Assembly (NCBI GenBank): GCA_965644295.1
Contig: CBFFRP010000025.1
Coordinates: 62,001 to 126,000 of the forward strand
Direction of reading: 5' to 3'
DNA: 64,000 bases
Source of the DNA: Paraphysomonas bandaiensis
Taxonomy: Eukaryota; Protista; Chrysophyceae
This document shows positions 11,296 to 22,551 of the stretch, piece after piece. Each line of letters opens with the position of its first letter. Position 1 is the stretch's first letter. Below the pieces are notes generated by a model. The model saw only the letters and a program-made list of their open reading frames with translations. It was not told the origin of the DNA and ran no database searches. The position numbers and the translations under genes were made by a program.

Positions 11296-14258
11296 ATGAA
11301 CACAGTATTCCTGCTTATATATTTTATTATTACAATTCCGTTGTATGGATGTGTTCCTCCTTCTGATGTCAATATCGGTGTGGTGTTTAATTTACAGAAT
11401 AGCTCAGGCGGAGTCAACTATTTGGGTGTGCAGTGTAAGGAGGCCATTTTAATGGCATTAAGAGAAGTGAACAATAAATCAGATGGTCTTTATGACGATA
11501 TTTTACCATTGACTGAATTAAAAATTGCTTTTGCACCACATGGTTATTCGTATGCTAGTGCCGCTACAGCCACCAGCAACCTTGCTAAATCGTTTAGCAA
11601 TATGGGAGTCCGCGCTACTGTTGGGCCTGACACTAATATTGGAATTGAAGGTTTTAATCAATTCATGTCTTCTTGTTTTTCTTAACTCTGTTACAGGTTC
11701 GGCAAAGATTTTGGCGGAACAAGGAGCTCTGCTTGTCGCCTACCAAGGTGATAGTGACGATCTTGCTCTTCCGGAGCCATATCCCAATTTTGTTCGGACG
11801 AATCCTGCAGCTGGTCTGCAGGCAACTACTTTAGCTTCTTTCGTATACAACACCTATGGCTGGGAGCGGGTTGCAATTATTCACTCGTATTCTGTCTGGG
11901 GTTACCATATGCAGATTAGATTTGTAGATGAATTTCAAAATATCGGTGCCAGTGGCTTCTGGACCAAAACAGACTTTGCCTCAGGAGATTATGAAACTCT
12001 TGTGAAATCAGTTCGGGCTACAGGGGCCAATATATTTGCTGTTTTTATCGATGACCCGGCTGATATGGCTGCTCTTCTGAAAGCTGGTTGGAAATATGGA
12101 TTGTTTGGCGAAGGTACTCACATTGTGGCCACAGAAGCTGCTACCACTCCTGAGGTATGGCAGCTGCTTGATGATGGAGAGATGACAATAGAGGATATCG
12201 CGAAGGTTATGAAGGGATTCTCCGCGATTCGAGATATGGTGCGTAAATCAGATCCTGTGGCATCAGAATTCGTATCACGATGGAGACAGCAAGCTTCCAC
12301 ATGTGGTTTGGATGGGGCATGTGACTCTACTACTGATGATGATGGCAATTTCTTACATCAATATACTATTGACAACGTTACTACTTGCGCTGGGCTCAAT
12401 TTCACTGAATTTTCTCCTGATGGCTCAGATATTGATGCAGCAGCAATGTATGCGTACGATGCTATGATTCTATTAGCTAAAGGATTTAATTCTCTGCTTC
12501 ATGGTGCATATTCATCTCTTGGCATATCGCATCAGCTGCAAATCAATTTCTATTACCTTCAATTGGCTCTGGATTACGTAGTTAACGATGGTGTAACGGG
12601 AACTTTCCAGCGTCCCAGCTTTCTTACTCGTGGTACCAATGATCGAATGTCCAACATTGCGTATGCACTCTTTACATTCGATCCTGATCTATTTCTACGT
12701 GTGTCTCGGGAAACCATGTCCGCTGCTGATGTAGGCCTGGTATACACGGGTACACTAGACTCCTCTTCTTCTGTGTTCGAACCCTGTACAGGTGACTCTG
12801 TAGTGGCGGCAATGTGCGAGACTCAGTTGTACCCCAGTCATATTACATGTGCATGTTCGGACATTATATATGACACTTCAAACAATTTACCTCCCATGGA
12901 TCGCCCACATGTATCAACAGTCAGTTTACATATCGGCATGGCTGCGTTTCTGTGGGTTGTTTCAGCATTGTGCTTGATAGCCGTATTAGTTTCGTTTTCA
13001 TTCATGGTTTATTACAGCAAAACTAGGCTGGTGCGGATATTGCAGCCAGAGTTAGTGTATATCATTCTCCTGGGTGGTGTATGCTCTTCGATTACAGGAG
13101 TGCTAGCTTCACTGGAAGCTAGTACAGGACTATGTATTGCTCTCAATGTCATGTGTCACTTGTCGTTCATCCTTATATTTAGTCCTCTTCTGGTGAAAAC
13201 ACTTCGAATATATGTGGTTCTTAATTCAGGTTTTCAACGAAAGAAAATATCCCTGCTGCAAACATTATTATGTGTGGTTATAATACTTGCTATTACTGTG
13301 ATCCTCCTATCGTTGAGTGTGTCGTATGTCTGGTCTGAAGATTACGATTATACTATGATTGAGGACAACCAGTTCGAGAGGACGCGGGCAAAGACATGCC
13401 CATATATGATGCACGACCCAGCGATTGCGTTATTGGCATTCGAGACACTTGTTTTGCTTGGAGGTGTATATATGTGCTACATAACACGCGATATGCCCGC
13501 TGGTATCAGTGATGCCAAGCAAGTGGCAAACGGTATGATATATTTGCGCATTGTTGTGTGCCTAATATTAGCTGCAGCGATATTCGGAATTATCTTGTGT
13601 TGTATGGTGGGCGTTCCCCTATACTTACTTGTCAATATGACACCCTACGAGTCAAGGTTTCTTCTAGGACTTTTGCTCGTTTTGGGCGCGACAAGATCTA
13701 TAGTAGTATTGTATTTTCCGGTTTTGTGGAAGCTTCTACAGGTCAGTTGACGATTTCTAGTGAATACTTGTTAATTCTACATCGTAGGGATATGATTTGG
13801 ATAAATCGTTTAAATTGGTAGAAGTTAGGCCGCCCGCTTCGTAAGTAGTATGTTCGTATTGTCTTATCTTGTAGTAACCCAGTTTCAGATTTTCGTGTGC
13901 GAAATTGAGTATATATCCCGGTTCGACGAGCAGCCGCAGTACCACAGATGAAAGTGGGAAATCCCAACCTGAGCCCAATGCAAGTCTGACCAGGACAATG
14001 ACTGCTGTCGCAGAAATGGCGAGAATCGAAGCTGAAATTGACACTTTAAAGCAGCGCCTGGAGCTTCTGGCTAATCGGGCGCTTCACCATGAAGCTATAT
14101 CAACACGTCTTCATGAAGTTTCTGAGGTTCATGTTACCAGTGGCCACAGATCAATGAAAAGATCTTTAGATCGTCCATTTGAAGATTGTGACAAGGAGGT
14201 AGAACAGCTAGAAGATATTGATGAAGATGAAACTCTTTCCAGCCCAGATCACGTATAG
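11296..14258 (+). CDS. class C (GABA-B-like) GPCR-like protein: signal peptide, Venus-flytrap/ANF domain, 7TM, C-terminal coiled coil
   Basis: Motifs AILMALREVNNK..ILP, YPNFVRTNP, YGWERVAIIHS and YAYDAMILLAKG. TM region has LVRILQPELVYIILLG and FSPLLVKTLRIYVVL; tail EMARIEAEIDTLKQRL. Introns inferred at 11651-11696, 13533-13577, ~13742-13787 and ~13841-13888. Confidence 0.85.
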
Positions 14259-14689
14259 AAATATACCTCACATAAATGTCATGTTGAGTGGGATTAGCTT
14301 CATTGAGCTGGATAGTAAAATGTTGAAAGATACGCTATATATAAACTTTACATGACCCTCTGTATTCTCTTAGCTGTGTGATGTTAACGATACGTGTCTA
14401 TATCCACATAATATTGTGACTTAAAAAGTAGCCTACATAGTTCGCCTCCAATTCTATTTGCCTCTGTATTGTGGTTTTATTGCTTTGAAATATATAAATG
14501 TTATATAATAATGGTGTGACAAGTCATTGACAGTGCATGTTATTCGAGTAAGTAGAAAACTGGAGCAGGCTGATCATTGTTGTACATAATAGTTCTAGGA
14601 TATGATCGACAAGAGGTACTTGTGTATTTTTCATTGGGTAGTACATTATGCGAGTTCAGTTACATTATTTCGCGCTGTATACTATATGG

Positions 14690-14794
14690 CAGGGCCTGGT
14701 AGACGTTAGTGGTAATGGCCATTAATGGTAATTCCATTATAATTGCCGGGAACTGGATTACCATTAATTAGCCATTAATGGTTACCAGGCCCTG
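14690..14794. mobile_element. hAT-type MITE family 2 (CAGGGCCTGGTA TIR)
   Basis: TIR cagggcctggta / taccaggccctg, CCATTAATGG internal repeats, degenerate 8-bp flanks ctatatgg / ttatattg. Homologous to 41397-41518. Confidence 0.8.
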
Positions 14795-15492
14795 TTATAT
14801 TGATAGTAGGGTGTGGGTAACCCTTTTGACCTTATCTTTGTTCCTAGTAGCCCTCAGTACTCAATATACGCTCTGAAATAGGATTTATATAAAGCTCTAG
14901 ACCAATCACCAGGGCTGGGTAACATGATCACTTATGTTGGTCATGATGAACAATGGGTTGAAAGTGGTAGTATAAGCAAGGGCAGATAACGGGGTTGCTG
15001 ATAAGCGAAAACGTGCTTCTGCTACATCCTACAGTAGTATAAAACTTAATATTATGTTAATAAATTAATATTTTTTGTTGTCCTTTGTTGCTTAATACCA
15101 CAAAAAGAGAATGTCTTCTTAAACATTTCTATGTAAATACTGTAAAATTTAATACTCCTAAAGTTTTACAAAATATCGTAAAATTTCCATGAAGATTACT
15201 TACAACATATATATGAACATATATATCGTTTGCATGAATATATATTCACTTAACACCTGATGAACATATTATATATGTTCTTCTCAGAAACATCTGTTTA
15301 TCATCTATCATATTATTATGTTCACCAGTCAGTCATTCCTATATCTTACATCTTATATATTATTATCATCACTAATTGAAATTACTTCCGTTTTTTGTAG
15401 CTATATTCCCCCAAAAATTATGAGTTGATTTCACGTATAGTGGTACTATTAATTCACTTCAATTGCACAGTATAGTATTATATCGATATATC

Positions 15493-15579
15493 CCCTCAAC
15501 AAAGTCGGACTCGCACCTTTTCGTGGTGTTCTGGGGGATAAGTACCGGAGATATTTCTCCGGGAAACTAACGTGAGCCG
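15493..15579 (+). ncRNA. candidate HDV-like self-cleaving ribozyme (Pr77-like hallmark) at the element 5' end
   Basis: P1 CCCTCAAC/GTTCTGGG (2 mismatches); P2 CGG(A)CTCGC/GTGAGCCG; P3 ACC/GGT; L3 TTTTCGT; P4 CCGGAGA/TCTCCGG; J4/2 GAAACTAA with candidate catalytic C at 15567. Confidence 0.6.
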
Positions 15580-15887
15580 CATATATAGTCAGCAGATATA
15601 TTGTTCTGCCCACTCATAGCCAAATGCTTGTGTGGTACAAGGGACACTAATAAGTGTCACTTGTGTAGACGTCTTTGGGCCCTGACGAATAAACAGGCAT
15701 CCGGGAATGGGCCCACCTCAAGGGCATCCGGGACAGGGCCCACCAGAAGGGTAATCGGGGTATTGGGCTGCCTGCTGAAGTTAAGCATCCGGGATGTTCA
15801 CCTTAAGAACTCAAAACACCTGAAGTCAGCAGATGTCAGGTATATATCAACATTCTGCTTGCTCCCTGCGTTTGCTTTGAGTGATTG
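15493..15887 (+). mobile_element. CCCTCAAC element copy D (long variant, intact 5' end)
   Basis: Starts ccctcaacaaagtcggactcgcaccttttcgtggtgttctggggg. Contains a 27-bp tandem duplication (15696-15749) and the extra segment (~15814-15886). Confidence 0.9.
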
Positions 15888-17369
15888 ATGCTGAGTATGA
15901 GTTCACATTATTCGGTATCTGTGTGGCCGGCCAATGACCGAGGTAATGCGTCAAACTCTCCTCATGGATGCATGGCAATGGCAATGATGTGATTAGACCT
16001 GTCATGTCTTCTCACACGTCTACTGCCTAGTCTTGGTTTCTCCTGACCCAGGTCATTGAGATTATATCAAGGCTCTGGCACTGTTCTCCAAGCAGTGTCA
16101 GGTACATTTGTGGTGCTTTTATGTTATTCTTGCTTAGTAGGTTTTCATCCGAGCGGGGAAGGTGCACGGTTTCCTACTAGTGTAAGTCACTCGGGAGAAG
16201 AGTGCAAGGTGGATGCATGTGCTGGATGAGTGCACACAATGGAGGGAAGACATTGGAGTCAGCTTGAATTTGTAACAGATTTTGGTAGATGTCTGTTTCA
16301 TGCGTCAGTGTGCAAAATTGCACCAGTGAGACCGCTTCGTGACCGTGGGAGGACCCGGCGCTAGAGCTACTTTATTCTCCCTTCCAGACTACCTGCTGCT
16401 GTGAACACCACCTTGAAGAGGGCCCTAAAGATCTGCCGCATATACAGGAGACATATGCCGAAGACACCGACCGCAAGTTGTTGTGTTAGGACAAGTAGAT
16501 TGGGCAGGAGCGTATGATCCGGCTTAAACACGCAACTCGTCGTATGCCCATGTAGCTAACTAAATCGTGTTGTATAGTTGAGCACTTGTCGGTGCATGCA
16601 ATAGTAACTAGATGAGAGTCATGTTATGCATAGTGTCGCGCGAGTTGTTAGGTTGGTCGCGGCAACGCACAAGCTTGCGCTTCTTAATAATCAGATTTTC
16701 AATTATATCGATATATCGTATCATGAAGCAAAAAGTCATTAAAGATTCACTTAATATTACGAAGTTTTCCATTTTGAATTGTAATAAATTCGTCCTGCGT
16801 ATCGCTCTCTAACCCATCTTGGTATTGATTCATGTCTTACTTCTTATTCCTACCCTGTTGCAGATCCAACTATAAAACACTACTCCCAGCTGGTTATCCA
16901 CCCATTTGACATCATACATCCCCGATTATGTGTCCCATCGGTAACGGTTCCAATATTATTCTTGTTAGGGAGAAACATTGCAGAGTCTCATGATTAGTGA
17001 CACTGATTTATCTGTCATGATTGGTTTTAGGAGAAATTTTGATGCTAATTATTTCTATTACACAGAAAACTTGAGATATAGCTAACTACTATTATTATAG
17101 TGTACCCTAAAAGTATAGCTCATTGTTTTAAGAATACATAAGACGCTCCCTGTCTTATATCATTGATGACTGTTAAGATTCAGCAAAAGACGAACGTGTA
17201 CCACGCTACAGTAGCTTTTTACGACAACAAGGACCAGGGCATAAAATCTAAAGTAGCGTCTTTGATTTCCATGTGTTGAGCCCTACGGAATAGAATATGT
17301 TAACTAACCCGGTGGACTAAAGCTATGTATATATAATTTATCTTTGGAACTGATATATTATATAGTTAC

Positions 17370-17539
17370 CAGGGCTGCGTAACAATTAATTGCAATTAAA
17401 TTGCAAATGTTTTTTTGCAATTAAATTGCAATTATTAGCTATAGCTTGCGCAATTATAATTGCAATTATTATGTATGTTCCATGTAATTTAATTGCAACT
17501 ACAATTAATTGCAATTCAATTAATTGTTACGCAGCCCTG
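17370..17539. mobile_element. hAT-type MITE family 1 (CAGGGCTGCGTAAC TIR, AATTGC-rich)
   Basis: Perfect 23-bp TIR cagggctgcgtaacaattaattg / caattaattgttacgcagccctg; interior of AATTGCAATT repeats; no clear TSD. Confidence 0.85.
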
Positions 17540-18115
17540 ATATACAGCTAGAATACGCAAGAATGCATTGTATGTTCTTAATACACTTCACACCTCAAAC
17601 TTTCACTCGTTATACATTTGATTTCTACATCAAAAGGAAGTGTTGGAGTACATGATGTAGTGTATAACTTTCAATGCTCTCTTGAGTTATATTTAATGTA
17701 GCACATAGCACCATAGCACATACAGATAAAAAACTAGTGAGTGATATATCATGTGGAATGTGGATTATCTGCTTGGTGGATATATAAGTAAGGGCATAAG
17801 AAACTCAACAATAAACTCACTCAACAATCAATAATTTAAAACTGTGATCAACATCTCTTACCATTCATGCTATTCACTAAATTATTATCGTCACTAGTAC
17901 TAATCAATAATATAAAAAGTATGATAAAACTGGTGAAAGAGTCTGTGAGTTAGTTATCAAGTATCAAGCTCATAGTGGACTAAATATCATAAAGTAACCA
18001 TTTTTAGTTCCAAAAGTATATCACGAGTAGATACAACTCCTATTTGCGGAGCACTCTTTGTAAATAGTGCTCAGGGTTTTAATTTACTAGATAAGATAAT
18101 TACGCATGGCATAAA

Positions 18116-18867
18116 TTAGCCAGGTAGAGTAAAGTGCTGTATTCTAAACTGTCCTGAAGTTAAATTCAATGGTATAACCTCGTCGACGTGAAACTTCAAT
18201 GCCTTGCACGTCAAGCTCACTTCATCTTCAACATCCTGCACATAGCACTATAAGAGCGAGGTGAGTTTATTTTTGTCTCACAGACCTTGCCTATGTCAAA
18301 GCTGCTTGCCAGGACGAAAACGCCTCCAGAGTGCAGCAGCTTTGCAACACTAACAAAGAGTGGGCGTACAACAGAACTACAGTAGAGCAAATCTGAACCG
18401 ATAATTAGACATGCATCCACTTGCACACTTCTGAGTATTTCGGTTGGGAGATCTTCACCCCATTCATAACATCGTGCTTCACAATTTCCACTCGATCCAT
18501 TTAATTCAATATTTTCCAATAATATATCAACACAACCAGGGTCATAATCTGTCATCACAATACGTTGACTTCGATCCCCTAAAACACTCACAAGCAAGCC
18601 ACATAGTCCGGCACCTGCCCCAAGCTCAACGACTAACCCACACTTCAAACTCTCCCAATTCTTTAATAAATAATGAGCTAAATAGTGTGCTGCAGGCCAG
18701 AGATATTGACCTGATTGTACATGACCTGGATCCTCACTGATGATCCGGACTGAGAGTGAAACATCGCCAACAGTAACAGTCTTCGTTATCTTTGAGTGCT
18801 GGGAATCAAACATGAATCCAATGGAGTCTATACAGTCATCCTCATCATCTGATACACTTCTTTCCAT
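18116..18867 (-). CDS. protein-lysine methyltransferase, Methyltransf_16 (METTL21/23/EFM-like) family
   Basis: SGQYLWPAAHYLAHYL, VVELGAGAGLCG, VMTDYD, YEWG and IIGSDLLY. One intron (~18236-18285), then DVEDEVSLTC..FRIQHFTLPG*. Confidence 0.9.
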
Positions 18868-18988
18868 TACAGTAGTTGAGATATGAGGAGTGTCTATCTG
18901 CTGTGTACTATATGACTATATGCGGTATGGACCCTCCCGTCCACCTGAATGATGAGCTCACTCTACCCCCCTATACACTATACACCAT

Positions 18989-19200
18989 CATACATACATA
19001 CATACATACATACATACATACATACATACATACATACATACATACATACATACATACATACATACATACATACATACATACATACATACATACATACATA
19101 CATACATACATACATACATACATACATACATACATACATACATACATACATACATACATACATACATACATACATACATACATACATACATACATACATA
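18989..19200. repeat. perfect (CATA)53 microsatellite
   Basis: Uninterrupted CATA run between two divergent genes. Confidence 0.97.
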
Positions 19201-19505
19201 CAGAGGTATACCATACCTGGCTGGTATATGTACACTATGCATACGGTACACGGTACGTAGGTACGTACACAGCAGTGCATGCAGTGGTGTGGCAGAGTAG
19301 CTAACTACACACACCTGCTCTGGCCAATCATGTATCGTTTTTTGGCATTCATTCGCAGATACTTACACACCATGTGAACGGCTTGGAGTGCCTACTCACC
19401 TTAACGTCTCGCGCTAGCTCATGTATCCTCATTTCATGCAAACTTCTATTTACATCATACTGCATAGGCAGTATACTCTCACCTAGAAGTTAACTCTGCT
19501 TTAGC

Positions 19506-21233
19506 ATGCTGCCCACTACAAGCCGAAGTTTAGAGTCGATTTTTATCAGCTTCCCTGAACGATTTAGTCATTGTGGCTTTTTTCGAGACCGAAATTGGGC
19601 TGCAGTTGATAATTTTTGGTGCTCTATAGTAAAATCAAAAACACTCCCACATTGGATAACTAGTGATTACAATACTGAAGAAGACGAAGGCTATGGGCTG
19701 ACGGATCTCAAGGCAATCAAGGAGTGTGCGCATGCCGAATTAAGCGGTGAATACAAGAGAGGTTCGCGAAAAACTTTTGCTTTACGGATTGGCTATGCTG
19801 GTACCATGTACCAGGTTTGGGTGTGTTTCGGACGAAGTTTCATAGTTCATCAATATTTTCATAGGGGTATCAGTCCCAAGGTGGGAAGGAATCTGGAGTA
19901 AAGACCGTTGAAGACGATGTGCGAGATGCACTCGGCAGGTCGAGTGTTTGCGCTGGTCGTACTGACAAGGTGGTGCTTCTTTGCTTTCTTAAACGTTAAT
20001 TCTCAATAGATTACGTTATACCGTTTAGGGCGTATCAGCTGTTTCTCAAGTGATATCATTTCACTCAACAAGTGAGTCAATAACTGAGGAGTCTATCTTA
20101 GAGACCGTCCACCAACATGAGGCGGTACAGTCTGGCCGCCTAGCAGTATTTTCTTGTCATCAAATGCCAAGAAAAATGCATGCGCTTTTTAGCGCGACGT
20201 GGAGACGATACATGTACGTGTTTCCTTTAAATAGCCCAACAGACACGGAACGGTGGCGAGGATCTTTTCCAGATGATCCAGAACCTGACTATGGCGAAGT
20301 GCGCTACTTTCCTGTACCTTCTGATGCACCTGCTGCTAGTGCAGGGGCAACGGAACAGGATGAGACGAAAAAATGTGCCATATATGACGTCGACATTGGC
20401 TTTGTGAATGATATGCTGAAAAGGTACTACCACCTTATGCTGCTTATGACTAACTTTGAATGAATAAAGATGCATGTTCTTGCTCGTTGTTCATAGAAAT
20501 TAGGGATAGTCTTATGTAATAACTTATTATGCTTTATAGGATTGAAAACCGAGAACTTCACTATGATGGGTTTGCTTTCCGAGACACGAGGCCTACTGAA
20601 GGATCTCGAAGTGACTTATGCACCCTTCAACGAGCGAGAGCTTTTTATGCTGACCTTTCTCAAACGAATGATAACAACTCAGGTACACAGTTCGGGAAGA
20701 AATTTATGTGTCGTGCGTGCTAATTCGCTCTTTTTCTACTGTATACATTTTATGTCTAATACAGGCGACTCAATACCAGCAATAGTAATAGAACTTGTTG
20801 GGACTAGGTTCCTTCGAAGAATGGTTAGAAATATAGTGGTATGTAATTATTTTTGCGTCATTTTGTAGTGTAACTTGTGTGTTCCCATGATTAGGGTACA
20901 GTGATAAGGGAGAGCCAACTGCCTTTGGAGCAAAGGGACAACCGCGTACTTGAGAAAATTACGGAAACGAGACAACGGTGAACCACCATAACGATATATG
21001 CGTACTGCTTTAATGTGCATAGCAGGGATAGAGCATCATCCAGTGTACCGGCATCCGGTCTCTGTATGTGTGGTGTTGGCTATGATTTGAAAGATTTGTC
21101 AGTGTCTAAGTTTGCTCCTACAAATCCGAAAACAATTGCAAGGAATAAGAGAAAGTTGGCGGAGGCAGCAGCCGCTGCAGCAGCTATTTCACAGAATACT
21201 GATAATGGAAAGGATGAAAATTCTTCCAGTTAA
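19506..21233 (+). CDS. tRNA pseudouridine synthase, TruA/Pus1-Pus3 family, multi-exon
   Basis: FALRIGYAGTMYQGYQ, catalytic AGRTDKGVSA (spliced), HALFSATWRRYMY, GTRFLRRMVRNIVG and PASGLCMCGVGY. Confidence 0.9.
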
Positions 21234-22551
21234 TTAATCAAAATAGTAGGTTAATTTGAAGTTTTAATACTCAGCTGTGTCCCGTCAACTGCTGAAATGT
21301 CTGATGTACAATGGTTAATTAATTATAACTTTTCTTCACGAAGCGTACTCCAGTCTTAATGTTATGCTGAGTACTTTGGTTTTCTCTGGCATTTTAAGAT
21401 TATTATTTCTGAGTTAGAATATAAAACTGTATATACGACTTCCGATATAATAGAAATATTTTTAAATAGGAGTGCAACGTGTCCTAGTAGTACTCTAATT
21501 CTGAAAACCATAATTATATAGTATAAAGGACCATGATTAGATGCCAATTACCAATGAAATTACTCTTTACCGGAGATAACGTGCTAATATTTCACTTCTA
21601 CAGTATGTATTGATTTGTTTTATTCGAAGATACACATGAAATATTGATATAATTTTGACTATCAGTAAACTGTAATCATCAGTTTCTATATATACTTTAC
21701 GGTTACTACTGAGACATTCACAATGGATTACTTATTCATATCAATGGAATACTCAACGAATTTGACTAACCATGAACCAGTACAACGGGGAAACATATCA
21801 AATTGTGAAGTCGATGCTGTTGATGCATTACTTTCTTTCTAACTTTGAAATTTTAGTGCAGAAATTTTAACACTAACGGAACGCCAATGCTGACGATCTA
21901 CATTTCCTCCTATGCATTGAAGAGGGTACCTACAACTGACAAAATAAGGTGAAGATTGAACAGAATATAATGGTCTGATCGCTTTTTATTTCCCTGTGTG
22001 TATCTGATGTACAGTCCAACTAATGACAGAAGAGGAAGTGTTGTATTTAGGTCAAGCTAAACCAGCCATTAATGTGAATGTATGCCATACAGTTACAAGA
22101 ATAGTAAAAGAAATTATTTTCTTCAACTTTTCCTTGCAGAAATGCATTCTGCTGGTGGATTGTGCTGCATATAACATACATACTCTGTGACTATAGACCA
22201 ATAATATCTATTATAAATCAACTGATTGGTTATAAGTACTGGAGTAGTGGAGTCCAAAAAAAAAACAACGGTTATGGCTGTGTGTTTTATATGCGTGTCT
22301 CTCCTCTTCAAATTTATACTGCAATGAACAGCACATACACATAGTGGTTGGAACTATATAAACAACCCTCTAAATTGTCAACCATTGACACGAGCTCTTC
22401 TTTATATTCTATTCTTCATTTACGACTGGAAAAGATTCTCGAACGCTGTTATCGCTGATTATCAATACACATAACACCTTAATATTCTCACATTTCTAGA
22501 GAGGTTTCTACTTTAGTATTACGGACTGAATCGATATCGTATCTTAAAGCT

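Noticed and set aside
15258-15300. CTGATGA...GAAAC hammerhead-like string
   Set aside because: Spacing and stems do not fit. It belongs to a degenerate AT-rich repeat also seen reversed near 37535-37600.
15682-15720. Hammerhead ribozyme from CTGACGA in the element
   Set aside because: No paired stem II and no conserved GAAA/stem III across copies.
15760-15810. 2A-like (DxExNPGP) peptide as found in ingi/L1Tc
   Set aside because: The closest frame across copies is EVKHPGC; no true NPGP motif is visible.
17362-17547. 8-bp TSD for the 17370-17539 MITE
   Set aside because: Flanks atagttac and atatacag do not match, so the hAT assignment rests on the TIR and the linked transposase remnant instead.
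18876-19314. ORFs with HTYI/MYVC repeats (also 4703-5030)
   Set aside because: Translations of microsatellites.
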